A DNA stretch of 64,000 nt, taken from positions 16,048 to 80,047 of the forward strand of contig JBBUDY010000047.1 in NCBI GenBank assembly GCA_038057055.1, given 5' to 3'. Every line of letters begins with the position of its first letter. Position 1 is the stretch's first letter. Positions 46,604 through 55,076 of the stretch are shown here, in pieces. The notes beneath the pieces are model-generated. The model saw only the letters and a program-made list of their open reading frames with translations, did no database searches and was not told the origin of the DNA. The translations under genes and the position numbers were made by a program. This DNA comes from Patescibacteria group bacterium. Lineage in GTDB: Bacteria > Patescibacteriota > Minisyncoccia > Phycocordibacterales > Phycocordibacteraceae.

Positions 46604-47995
46604 ATGGCATATACGAACCGCTCAATAGTATTTGCGATCGTAAGCGTTTTCATACTCGTATACAGCGCACTGTATGCGCTCACCTTGTATTCGGTTCATC
46701 AAAACGGATTCAGTTCCGAACATTTCATCGTCGGTAGCCCAGGAGGGGACGGATCTCAATACATATTGCTTGCCCACACGCTTTTAGAGAATGGGCGTTT
46801 TTCTTTCGGTCCTACCGAGCCGCCGGACACCTTTCGTACGCCGGGGTACCCCTTTTTCATCGCACTGATGCTCTTTTTGACAGGCTCCATCATCTTTATG
46901 CCGATAGGGCAGATTATTCTGACGGCGTGTTCGGTGGCACTCATCTTCCTCGTTGGTGCGCGATTTTTCAATCGCGGTATCGGTCTTGCGGCCGCAGTTC
47001 TTTTTGCGCTCGACCCGTATTTGTCCATGGTCATGTTCCTGTCCGCGAGCGACACACTTTTTGTCTTCGTTCTGCTTCTAAGCATATACGTGCTTACCGT
47101 GCCCGAACGGCTCGGTCTTTCTCGTGCATTTTGTGGCGGTGTGCTCATAGGTATGTTGGCGCTCGTCCGGCCGATAGGTCTCTATATCTTTCCCCTCATT
47201 GTGCTGTGGCTTCTTTGGGAGGGGCGAGGAGAGTGGAAGCGGGCATTGCAGACAATGGCACTCTTTCTTATCGGGATGGGTCTTGTCGTAGTGCCGTGGA
47301 TGGCGCGGAATTATGCTCATTACGGCTCCGCGTCCATTTCTTCCATCGGTGCATATAACCTACTGTTCTATAACCTCACTGATTTTGAGCATGAGCGAAC
47401 CGGTATCTCCAAAAACGCGGTCCAAGTTGCTATGTTGAAGCAAATGAATGCGACCAGCACCGATCCGTTACTGTCGCTTGCATTCTCGGGCCGAGAGAAA
47501 AGTGTTGCACGTACGTATCTTGAGGCGCACCCGTTTCAGTACGCTGCGTATCATCTCTACAAGACCATCCCGTTCTATATCGGGAGCAGTATCGATGCCG
47601 CAACGGAAGCGCTCCACGGACGTGGCGTTCTGCAGGGAGCGCTTCCGCTTGATGTCAACGTAACGTTCCTCATTCTGCAAGGAAATTATCGTACGGCGCT
47701 CGCCGCATTGACCGACAGCCTCCCTTCCCTCATTGAGAGATTTATGTGGCTTCTCTTATGTCTCGCGTCATTTGGGATTACCTACAGTGCCCTCCACCGA
47801 AGATCTGCGAATACCTCGGTCATACTGCTGTTTTTTGGGCTCATTGTTGCTTTTGGTATTTTGACCGGACCAGTGTCCTATGCACGATATCGGTTGCCTG
47901 CAGAACCATTCATTTTCATTCTTGGTATCGCGGGCATCCTATCTGCTGCGCGATATCTAAAGGGATTACGTTTTTCTCACGACCGCCAGTACTGA
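46604..47995 (+). CDS. GT-C fold membrane glycosyltransferase (GT39/PMT-ArnT-like)
   Basis: 'FRTPGYPFFIALM' in the first loop, polytopic, 'ALVRPIGLY'. Confidence 0.55.
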   Translation: MAYTNRSIVFAIVSVFILVYSALYALTLYSVHQNGFSSEHFIVGSPGGDGSQYILLAHTLLENGRFSFGPTEPPDTFRTPGYPFFIALMLFLTGSIIFMPIGQIILTACSVALIFLVGARFFNRGIGLAAAVLFALDPYLSMVMFLSASDTLFVFVLLLSIYVLTVPERLGLSRAFCGGVLIGMLALVRPIGLYIFPLIVLWLLWEGRGEWKRALQTMALFLIGMGLVVVPWMARNYAHYGSASISSIGAYNLLFYNLTDFEHERTGISKNAVQVAMLKQMNATSTDPLLSLAFSGREKSVARTYLEAHPFQYAAYHLYKTIPFYIGSSIDAATEALHGRGVLQGALPLDVNVTFLILQGNYRTALAALTDSLPSLIERFMWLLLCLASFGITYSALHRRSANTSVILLFFGLIVAFGILTGPVSYARYRLPAEPFIFILGIAGILSAARYLKGLRFSHDRQY

Positions 47996-48730
47996 AACGC
48001 CAAATGGAAAGTTCACAAAGCGCAACACTGACAACTCGCTCCGGAATACGGCATAGAGCAGACTGTTTACGAGGGGATTGTTGAGCTCGGTTTCGGAATT
48101 CGAGTGTAAGGGGATAATTCGATTCAGTAGACGCCATAGGGCAATGGGAGGGAAGAGGAAGGTGTTGAAATAGGAAAATCGAATAGGGAGAAAATTGGCA
48201 GCAGTCAACTTTGCGCGCAGTTCCTGGCGTGTGTATCGCCGGTAGTGTTCACTAAATACATCTGTTGAACCCCACAAAAACATAAATGCGGGGACAAAGA
48301 GAATCGCAATCCCGCCGGGCTTTAATACGCGCTTAATTTCCTCGATCGCTTTTTTGTCGTCTGAAACATGCTCAATAACATCGAGAGCCACAACAAGGTC
48401 AAACGTAGCGTCGGGATAGGCGATATTCGTAACGCTCCCCACACGCACTTGTTCGACACCTCGTTCCCTGCAAAAGGCTACCGCGCGAGGTGAGACGTCT
48501 ATCCCATGCGCGTCCCCATAGGGAGAGAGTTCCGAGAGGAGTGCCCCGGTACCGCAGCCCATATCAAGAATGCGCAGGGGTGCTTTATTCAGAAAATAAG
48601 TCTGAATGAGTGTGTGTACCATTTCGCGCCTCACACGATACCACCAATGGGATTTTTCAAGCTGATAGATTGTATCGTGATACACGTCCTTCATATACTG
48701 GTTGCATGGTAGTGTAATAAGATTCATCAT
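47966..48730 (-). CDS. class I SAM-dependent methyltransferase
   Basis: 'ILDMGCGTGAL', 'DLVVALDVIEHV', 'LKPGGIAIL'. Confidence 0.7.
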   Translation of the reverse strand: MMNLITLPCNQYMKDVYHDTIYQLEKSHWWYRVRREMVHTLIQTYFLNKAPLRILDMGCGTGALLSELSPYGDAHGIDVSPRAVAFCRERGVEQVRVGSVTNIAYPDATFDLVVALDVIEHVSDDKKAIEEIKRVLKPGGIAILFVPAFMFLWGSTDVFSEHYRRYTRQELRAKLTAANFLPIRFSYFNTFLFPPIALWRLLNRIIPLHSNSETELNNPLVNSLLYAVFRSELSVLRFVNFPFGVSVLAVVRKT

Positions 48731-48732
48731 CT

Positions 48733-49113
48733 ATGTCCACTTTCTGGCAAGTAGTTCGTTTTGTTACCACCGGCTCTTTGGCGACTCTCGTGTATCTTGC
48801 ATTCTCCTATTTTCTTAAAAGTATACTCGGGGTACATTATCTGCTCACGGTAGTCATTGCCTATGTGGTGGGGGTTGCTTTTAACTTCACGGTACAAAAA
48901 ATATGGTCGTTCCAAGAAAAGACAATACATCGGGTGCATTTGCAAATAGCACAGTTTATACAATGGGCCCTCACCTCTCTAGTGTGTAATCTCGTCCTTG
49001 TCTCCTTTATGGTTGAAACGATGCGTATTTGGTATCTCTATGCGCAGGCCATTGCGACACTCATCGTCGCGGTCGCGTCATATTTCGTGTACCGTTTTAT
49101 TTTCCGGTCTTAA
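48733..49113 (+). CDS. GtrA-family membrane protein (second copy)
   Basis: 126 aa. 'RFVTTGSLATLVYLAFSYFL…VGVAFNFTVQKIWSF'. Confidence 0.65.
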   Translation: MSTFWQVVRFVTTGSLATLVYLAFSYFLKSILGVHYLLTVVIAYVVGVAFNFTVQKIWSFQEKTIHRVHLQIAQFIQWALTSLVCNLVLVSFMVETMRIWYLYAQAIATLIVAVASYFVYRFIFRS

Positions 49114-50575
49114 CTTTCCTCACTAAAATATCGTAGCTGTACTCCTCTTTTACCACTGTGTACTGTTCAAGATAGGGTTGTGCTTCAGTAAGTTTGCTCG
49201 GATGCATAATGACGATATCGGGGACACCGTTCTCCAGTTGCACAAGTTGTTCCTGCCCCGCGGTCCATATAACTCCATCTGCAAAATACTGCCAGTACGT
49301 ATCGTACTGTAAGAATGGAACAACGGCCGGTACATCAAATACGAAAACGCGTGTTTTTGCATCGAGTGCTCCAAAATCTCGCTCTAGGTTACTGGTGAGC
49401 TCTGACTGCGAGGCGCGTGATATCCACGAATGAGAAACCAGATAATAGCATTGTAACAACACAAAAAGACTCACGAGCGCTACCATGAGATGGTGTTCGT
49501 ATTTCTTCAGCTTGTCGATGTACGAGAGCAGCACAGCGAGGACCGTCCCGATGGCGGAAGGCAAGAAAAAAAGAGTAACAACATCAGCGGTAAAAAAGTA
49601 GCGATACCAGCCGGGAGTGCGCAGATAAGAAAGCATCACCAACACAGTGAAGAAGAACGCACAAGCTTCCGCATACGAAATGGCCTGTCTTTTTAGCTTT
49701 CGAATAACGAGCGCCAGAGTCCAAAGCGCAATGATACCAAGTGTATAAAGTGGTGTCGGCTCTGTGAAAAATCGCAGGAAATTCTTCCACATAACATCTG
49801 GGAGATTTGTGAGATGGTATGGATTTGCATAAAAGGAAAGGATGCCAGCGATTGAATCAGTAAGTGAAAATTGTGTCAGTAGCCACAGAATGACCGGCAA
49901 AGAAGAAGCACCAAGGAACCAAGGAAAGATAGTCCCAATTGAAGGCAGAGGTCGTCGATGGAAAAGAAATGTGCCACAAAGCGCAACCGGGACTATGAGA
50001 AAAAGCGGTTTCGTAACCGTCGTGAGGCCTAAGAATATACCGGTCGCTATGGCGTACCGAATATTTTTAAAATCAGACTCCTCGAGTTTTTGGAGAAAAA
50101 GAAGGAAAAGGAGTAAAAAAGAAAGGCCAGGCACCTCACCAAGTACGTTCTTTCCGTTCCCGTAGAGCGAGGAAAAAGTCGCCACAAAGAAACCCCCTGC
50201 AAGTGCATACCATCTGTTTTGAAGACGCGTGAGCAGACATATCCCTGTGGCAATGAGTAAGAATATGAAAAGAACTGCCACCGCACGCGCGGTAACAATG
50301 TTGACACCGAAGAGATAAAAACTTGCTGCCACCGGCACGGTTACCGGAAAGCCAGACGATATGTACGCCGCCGACACAAATTCGCCCGGTGCAAGCTGAA
50401 GCCCCATAACTCCATGCAAGGCAATATTTTCTGCAACCTGCAGGATCATTCCTTCGTCGTACCATGTGGGGGGGCTTTCGCTCAGACGGTAGAGCGAAAA
50501 GAAAGCGACAAGAGAAAAGAGTACGAGCAAAAGCGCGTACGGTACGTATTTTTGACCCACAACACTCGCGGACAT
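49097..50575 (-). CDS. GT-C fold membrane glycosyltransferase (ArnT/PMT-like)
   Basis: 492 aa, >10 TM, 'YDEGMILQVAENI' loop typical of the ArnT-like family. Confidence 0.5.
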   Translation of the reverse strand: MSASVVGQKYVPYALLLVLFSLVAFFSLYRLSESPPTWYDEGMILQVAENIALHGVMGLQLAPGEFVSAAYISSGFPVTVPVAASFYLFGVNIVTARAVAVLFIFLLIATGICLLTRLQNRWYALAGGFFVATFSSLYGNGKNVLGEVPGLSFLLLFLLFLQKLEESDFKNIRYAIATGIFLGLTTVTKPLFLIVPVALCGTFLFHRRPLPSIGTIFPWFLGASSLPVILWLLTQFSLTDSIAGILSFYANPYHLTNLPDVMWKNFLRFFTEPTPLYTLGIIALWTLALVIRKLKRQAISYAEACAFFFTVLVMLSYLRTPGWYRYFFTADVVTLFFLPSAIGTVLAVLLSYIDKLKKYEHHLMVALVSLFVLLQCYYLVSHSWISRASQSELTSNLERDFGALDAKTRVFVFDVPAVVPFLQYDTYWQYFADGVIWTAGQEQLVQLENGVPDIVIMHPSKLTEAQPYLEQYTVVKEEYSYDILVRKVKTGK

Positions 50576-50683
50576 GACGTCTCAATCCTAACACAATAAA
50601 CAAGCTGTCAAGAAATAGCCGTAGAGCAAGGAAGGTGTATACTATGAGAGTACTGATTACCCAATAACTCGTAGGACGAAGGT

Positions 50684-51514
50684 ATGAAAAAATATTTCTA
50701 TTCACTCGGTGCTCTCACGCTTGCGCTCAATGTAGGCGCGCTCCCGGCGGTATCAGGTGTCCCATCGGTACCGGTTCAGGTCAGCATACCCGACATCGAA
50801 CAAGATTTTGATGATATACGAGTTGGGAATGTGCGAGTGAGTTCGGACGGGCAGAACGGTACAAACGTGCGGGTAGGAGACGTACAGGTAACTTCGGATG
50901 AACGAGGTGGTTCGAAAGTGAGAGTAGGAGATATAGAGATACGTGCGGGTGGGGAGGACGACTCGATTACGGTCGGAGGTATGAAATTTGAACTTGAAAG
51001 GAATGTAACTTCAGTGTTTTCGTTTGATGATTTGAAGCAGTCGATGGAACAGCGCAAACAAGAACTCGAGGACGAATTGGCGAGCACGACGTCCCAGACT
51101 CAAGATATTCTAGAAGGTGCAAATCAGGTGCGTCTTGCAGTGCACGCACTTCTTGCATCGAAGGATATGCTTGGCGGTATCGGGCAGCAAGTATCGCAGA
51201 TTGCGCAACAAATGAACGATTCAGTGGCTACGACGACGAACGCCGAGACGAAGATACAGTCGCGCAGTTTCTTTTCCAATCTTTTGTTCGGTGGTGACCG
51301 TGGTGCTGCAGATACGATTTCGAAGGAAGTTACAAAGGGTCAAGAAAATATTACCAAGCTTACTGAACTCCTCAACCAAACGAATGTCTCTACAGAGGTG
51401 CAGACAACGCTCGAGGCACAGATAAATGCACTGCGAGTAGAGCAGGAACGTCTTCAGGACCTCGCGAAGAAAGAAAAAAGTCGTTGGGGAATCTTTAGTT
51501 GGCGCTTCTTCTAG
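50684..51514 (+). CDS. secreted repeat-containing coiled-coil protein (hypothetical)
   Basis: Signal peptide 'MKKYFYSLGALTLALNVGALPAVSG'. Tandem 'VRVG(D/N)V' repeats. C-terminal coiled-coil. Confidence 0.5.
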   Translation: MKKYFYSLGALTLALNVGALPAVSGVPSVPVQVSIPDIEQDFDDIRVGNVRVSSDGQNGTNVRVGDVQVTSDERGGSKVRVGDIEIRAGGEDDSITVGGMKFELERNVTSVFSFDDLKQSMEQRKQELEDELASTTSQTQDILEGANQVRLAVHALLASKDMLGGIGQQVSQIAQQMNDSVATTTNAETKIQSRSFFSNLLFGGDRGAADTISKEVTKGQENITKLTELLNQTNVSTEVQTTLEAQINALRVEQERLQDLAKKEKSRWGIFSWRFF

Positions 51515-51545
51515 TCATGAATAGCATGGTATAGTTGTCCCAATC

Positions 51546-53711
51546 ATGCATAACGAGGGGACGGTAGGGCAGATGGCGAGATGGGTGGCGCTTGGGGCGC
51601 TTTTCCTCATTCCGGTCATGCCGTTTATTGTTGCGAACTCCTTCTTTTTCCCCTTTATAACCGGTAAGGCGTTCTACTTCCGTATCTTGGTTGAAATAGC
51701 GGTTGCGGCATGGGTGGTTCTCCTCTTTCTTAACAAGGAATATCGTCCGCGCTTCTCCTGGATTGGTGCGGCGGTACTCGCCTTTGTCGTATGGATGTTT
51801 ATTGCGGATGCATTCGCGATAAATGCGGCAAAAGCGTTTTGGAGCAATTTTGAACGTATGGAGGGCTGGATGCTTCTTGTGCATCTTCTCGGTTTCTTTT
51901 TCGCCGCAAGCGCAGTATTGCGAGTAGAAAGAAAGTGGCGCGCTTGGTTCCTCACCTCTCTTGCGGTGTCAGTCGTTCTTTCGGGGTACGCGCTTCTGCA
52001 GCTCACCGGTTCTCTTGCTATCCATCAGGGATCTGTTCGTGTAGACGCGTCGCTTGGTAACTCGGCTTATTTTGCCGTGTATCTGTTGTTCAATGTGTTC
52101 ATCGCGCTCTGGCTTTCCTTGACCTCGAAATCTCCTTGGCTCAAATGGTCCTTACTCGCACTTGCGGTTATAGAGGCAGTACTCATCTTCTTCACAGAGA
52201 CACGAGGTACGGTGCTCGGGTTGGTGGGAGCGCTTATGCTCGCGGCGTTTCTTACAGCGCTCACGGCAGGGAAACATATGCGGCGATTTGCAGCGGCGGC
52301 ATTTGTCCTCCTCCTCATCCTGACGACTGGTTTCTATGCTTTCCGCAACTCGTCGTTCATCCAGGATAATCATACACTTCAGCGTATTGCCTCTATTTCG
52401 CTCAATGATGGCGCAACGCGTTTTGCTATTTGGCGAATGGCTTTTCGGGGAGCGCTCGAACGCCCGCTCACCGGTTGGGGACAGGAAGGATTTAATTATA
52501 TTTTCAACAAGTATTACGACCCGTCACTGTATCATCAGGAACCGTGGTTTGATCGGGCGCACAATGCATTTATCGATTGGCTCACCGCAGGAGGGTTGCC
52601 AGCTTTTGTTTTGTATCTCTCGCTTTTCGGCACCGCACTCACGCTCTTATGGAAGAGTCCCGAACTTTCACGTCCGGAGCGTATTGTACTTACCGCTGCT
52701 TTAGTCGGATATGCATTTCACAACATCTTCGTTTTCGACAACCTCTTTTCTTATGTGTATTTCTTTGCCATACTCGCGCTTATCGATTCGCAGGTCGCAC
52801 GACCTATTCCGAGATTTGAATCTGCACCCGAACTTAGCGCTACGGATGGAGCGACAACCGTTCTTCCCGTTGTTACCGTTGTTGCGGCCGCACTTATCTG
52901 GTACATCAATATTCCCGGGATACAAGTGGCAACCAAACTTATCACGGCAATTTCTCCTTCGAGTATGGGCGTTACCGCGAACATTGCGGCGTTTGAGAAT
53001 CTCGTCGCTCACCCGGCTTTTGCCGTTCAAGAAATCCGTGAACAACTCATCTCATTCGCCGCTTCGGCCGCGCAGAGTCCACAGGTAACCAATGAACAGA
53101 AGCAGCAGATAGTCTTGCTTGCGTTAAACGAGATGCAAAAGCAAGTTGATACCTACCCGCTCGATGCGCGTGAGCAGTTACAGCTCGCGTATCTGTATCG
53201 TACTATCGGAGACAGTGCGAACGCACTCAAATACATTAAAACCGCAGGATCTCTCGCGCCGAAAAAAGAAGATATTTTAATTCAGGCAGGAGCGATTGAG
53301 TGGGACATGGGTAACCTGAAAGCAGCACAAACGAATTTCAATACCGCCTATGCCCTTGCCCCACAATTCGAAGATCTTGCGGAATACGCCGCCGCCGGTA
53401 ACTTCGCGGCTGGCGACGTGACGGCTGCCGAAAAGATTCTGCTCGATGTGTACGGTACACTAAATGTGAGCAGCGACGTTCTCGCTGTTGCATATTACCG
53501 GACAAAGGACTGGCCGCGCCTTATTGCTATGTGGAAGATGCGCACGAGCAAAACCGATGCAACTGCGCAAGCTTGGTTCTCGCTCGCGGCCGCTTATTAT
53601 ACGTCGGGGGACAAAGCGAATGCCATCAAAACGATTACTATCGCTATCGAAAAGTATCCAGATGCGGCGGCCTCTGGCGCGGAGGCACTCAAGCAGATAC
53701 GGGAGCAATGA
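51546..53711 (+). CDS. O-antigen ligase (Wzy_C) domain membrane protein with C-terminal TPR repeats
   Basis: Multi-TM N-region with 'FFTETRGTVLGLVGALML' (Wzy_C loop). C-terminal ~250 aa TPR-like. Confidence 0.6.
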   Translation: MHNEGTVGQMARWVALGALFLIPVMPFIVANSFFFPFITGKAFYFRILVEIAVAAWVVLLFLNKEYRPRFSWIGAAVLAFVVWMFIADAFAINAAKAFWSNFERMEGWMLLVHLLGFFFAASAVLRVERKWRAWFLTSLAVSVVLSGYALLQLTGSLAIHQGSVRVDASLGNSAYFAVYLLFNVFIALWLSLTSKSPWLKWSLLALAVIEAVLIFFTETRGTVLGLVGALMLAAFLTALTAGKHMRRFAAAAFVLLLILTTGFYAFRNSSFIQDNHTLQRIASISLNDGATRFAIWRMAFRGALERPLTGWGQEGFNYIFNKYYDPSLYHQEPWFDRAHNAFIDWLTAGGLPAFVLYLSLFGTALTLLWKSPELSRPERIVLTAALVGYAFHNIFVFDNLFSYVYFFAILALIDSQVARPIPRFESAPELSATDGATTVLPVVTVVAAALIWYINIPGIQVATKLITAISPSSMGVTANIAAFENLVAHPAFAVQEIREQLISFAASAAQSPQVTNEQKQQIVLLALNEMQKQVDTYPLDAREQLQLAYLYRTIGDSANALKYIKTAGSLAPKKEDILIQAGAIEWDMGNLKAAQTNFNTAYALAPQFEDLAEYAAAGNFAAGDVTAAEKILLDVYGTLNVSSDVLAVAYYRTKDWPRLIAMWKMRTSKTDATAQAWFSLAAAYYTSGDKANAIKTITIAIEKYPDAAASGAEALKQIREQ

Positions 53712-54790
53712 AATTACAGGAACACGTCTCACTCGCGCCACTCACGACACTCGGCGTTGGCGGAGAAGCGCGGTTCTTCGTCGAAGCAGAAACTACACAA
53801 GACGTCATAGACGCGCTCGACTACGCGCGGGAACGCTCGCTCTCGGTATTCGTGCTCGGAGGCGGTTCAAATATTGTTATTGCCGACGAAGGAGTTATGG
53901 GCTTAGTACTTCTGGTGCGCATACCGGGTATTGTATGTGATGTGCAGAGTAACCACGTACGCATAACAGTCGGTGCGGGTGTTGAGTGGGACGAACTCGT
54001 TGCGTATACGGTCTCGCATGGATTTATCGGTCTCGAGTGTCTTTCCGGAATTCCCGGTACGGTCGGCGGTGCGGTCGTTGCAAATCTTGGGGCATACGGA
54101 GCGCAGTGCAGTGACACCTTCGTAAGTGCAGAGGTACTGATGTGCGACGACAAGACGCATACGTTGCACACATTCAAGAATGAGGATTGCGACTTTTCCT
54201 ACCACGACAGTATGTTTGGTCATATGCCGGGGAAATATCTCGTACTGAAGGCAACATTTGCACTGTCGACGACAGGCACGTCGCGCCTCTCCTACAAGGA
54301 CAATCGTTTTGATCTAAACAAACTCACTGCAAAGATTGGTCATGAACCGACTCCTGCGGATGTTCGCGCGGCGGTGCTCACTATGCGTGAAGAGAAGGGA
54401 GTTCTCCGAAGCTCCTACAGGAGTGCGGGCTCCTTCTTTCATATGCCGTTCGTGTCGTCGGAGAGTTATACACAGCTTATGGCGCAAACGCGAGAGTTGG
54501 ATAGTGCAAAAGAAGAGCGATTACGCCCATGGGCGTGGAAACAGGCGGACGGTACCTACAAAATTGCCCCTGGATTTTTGCTTGAATACACCGAATTTCA
54601 GAAAGGATACGTGCATGGAGCGGCGGGAATCTCGCCGAAGCACACACTCTCGATAATCAATGTGGGCGGCGCACGCGCAGAAGAAATTGCGGCGCTTGCA
54701 CGCGATATGCAGAGAGAGGTTGAGAAATTGTTCGGCATCCACCTTGAACGTGAAGTTGAATACGTCGGGAATGTAGAGCGTGTAAAATAA
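53708..54790 (+). CDS. murB: UDP-N-acetylenolpyruvoylglucosamine reductase
   Basis: 'LAPLTTLGVGGEARFFVEA', 'VLGGGSNIVI', 'GLECLSGIPGTVGGAVVANLGAYG'. Start at ATG 53708 overlapping the upstream stop. Long C-terminal extension (360 aa). Confidence 0.75.
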   Translation: MKLQEHVSLAPLTTLGVGGEARFFVEAETTQDVIDALDYARERSLSVFVLGGGSNIVIADEGVMGLVLLVRIPGIVCDVQSNHVRITVGAGVEWDELVAYTVSHGFIGLECLSGIPGTVGGAVVANLGAYGAQCSDTFVSAEVLMCDDKTHTLHTFKNEDCDFSYHDSMFGHMPGKYLVLKATFALSTTGTSRLSYKDNRFDLNKLTAKIGHEPTPADVRAAVLTMREEKGVLRSSYRSAGSFFHMPFVSSESYTQLMAQTRELDSAKEERLRPWAWKQADGTYKIAPGFLLEYTEFQKGYVHGAAGISPKHTLSIINVGGARAEEIAALARDMQREVEKLFGIHLEREVEYVGNVERVK

Positions 54791-54939
54791 TTTTGAGAAA
54801 GTTATCCACACTTCATATTTTTTTCTCACACAAAAAGTTTTTCTCGCGCGATAATACATTACAGAACGTCTGCACACGAAAAATATTTCGTACACGGACG
54901 GGTCGACATATCAACCCTCATCTTTAATTCGCAACCACC

Positions 54940-54993
54940 ATGGCAAAGAAAAAGGCTGCTAAGAAGCGCAAGGCCGCAAAAAAGCGCGCATAG
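54940..54993 (+). CDS. 17-codon micro-ORF encoding a Lys/Ala/Arg-rich peptide (MAKKKAAKKRKAAKKRA)
   Basis: ATG…TAG read directly. Followed after 12 nt by a textbook intrinsic terminator. Isolated in a 280-bp intergenic region. Confidence 0.3.
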   Translation: MAKKKAAKKRKAAKKRA

Positions 54994-55004
54994 TTTTGTA
55001 AAAA

Positions 55005-55040
55005 GAAAAAACCGCCCTCTCGGGCGGTTTTTTCTTTTCG
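55005..55040 (+). terminator. rho-independent terminator
   Basis: 'AAACCGCCCtctcGGGCGGTTTTTTCTTTTCG': 8-bp GC stem, 4-nt loop, T-tract. Confidence 0.8.
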
Positions 55041-55058
55041 TGCTTTGGATTTCAAACT

Positions 55059-55067
55059 TTGCTATAC
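55059..55067 (+). promoter_or_regulatory. extended -10 promoter element TGcTATACT directly upstream of secA
   Basis: Sequence 'tttGcTATACTctatgtcaATG'. The TATACT hexamer ends 9 nt before the MLGL start of SecA. Confidence 0.35.
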
Positions 55068-55076
55068 TCTATGTCA

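Noticed and set aside
50800-50960. Short tandem nucleotide repeats that might have been a CRISPR-like array
   Set aside because: The periodicity is in-frame protein-coding repeats (VRVGDV units) within a signal-peptide-bearing ORF. There are no spacer-repeat architecture and no cas genes.
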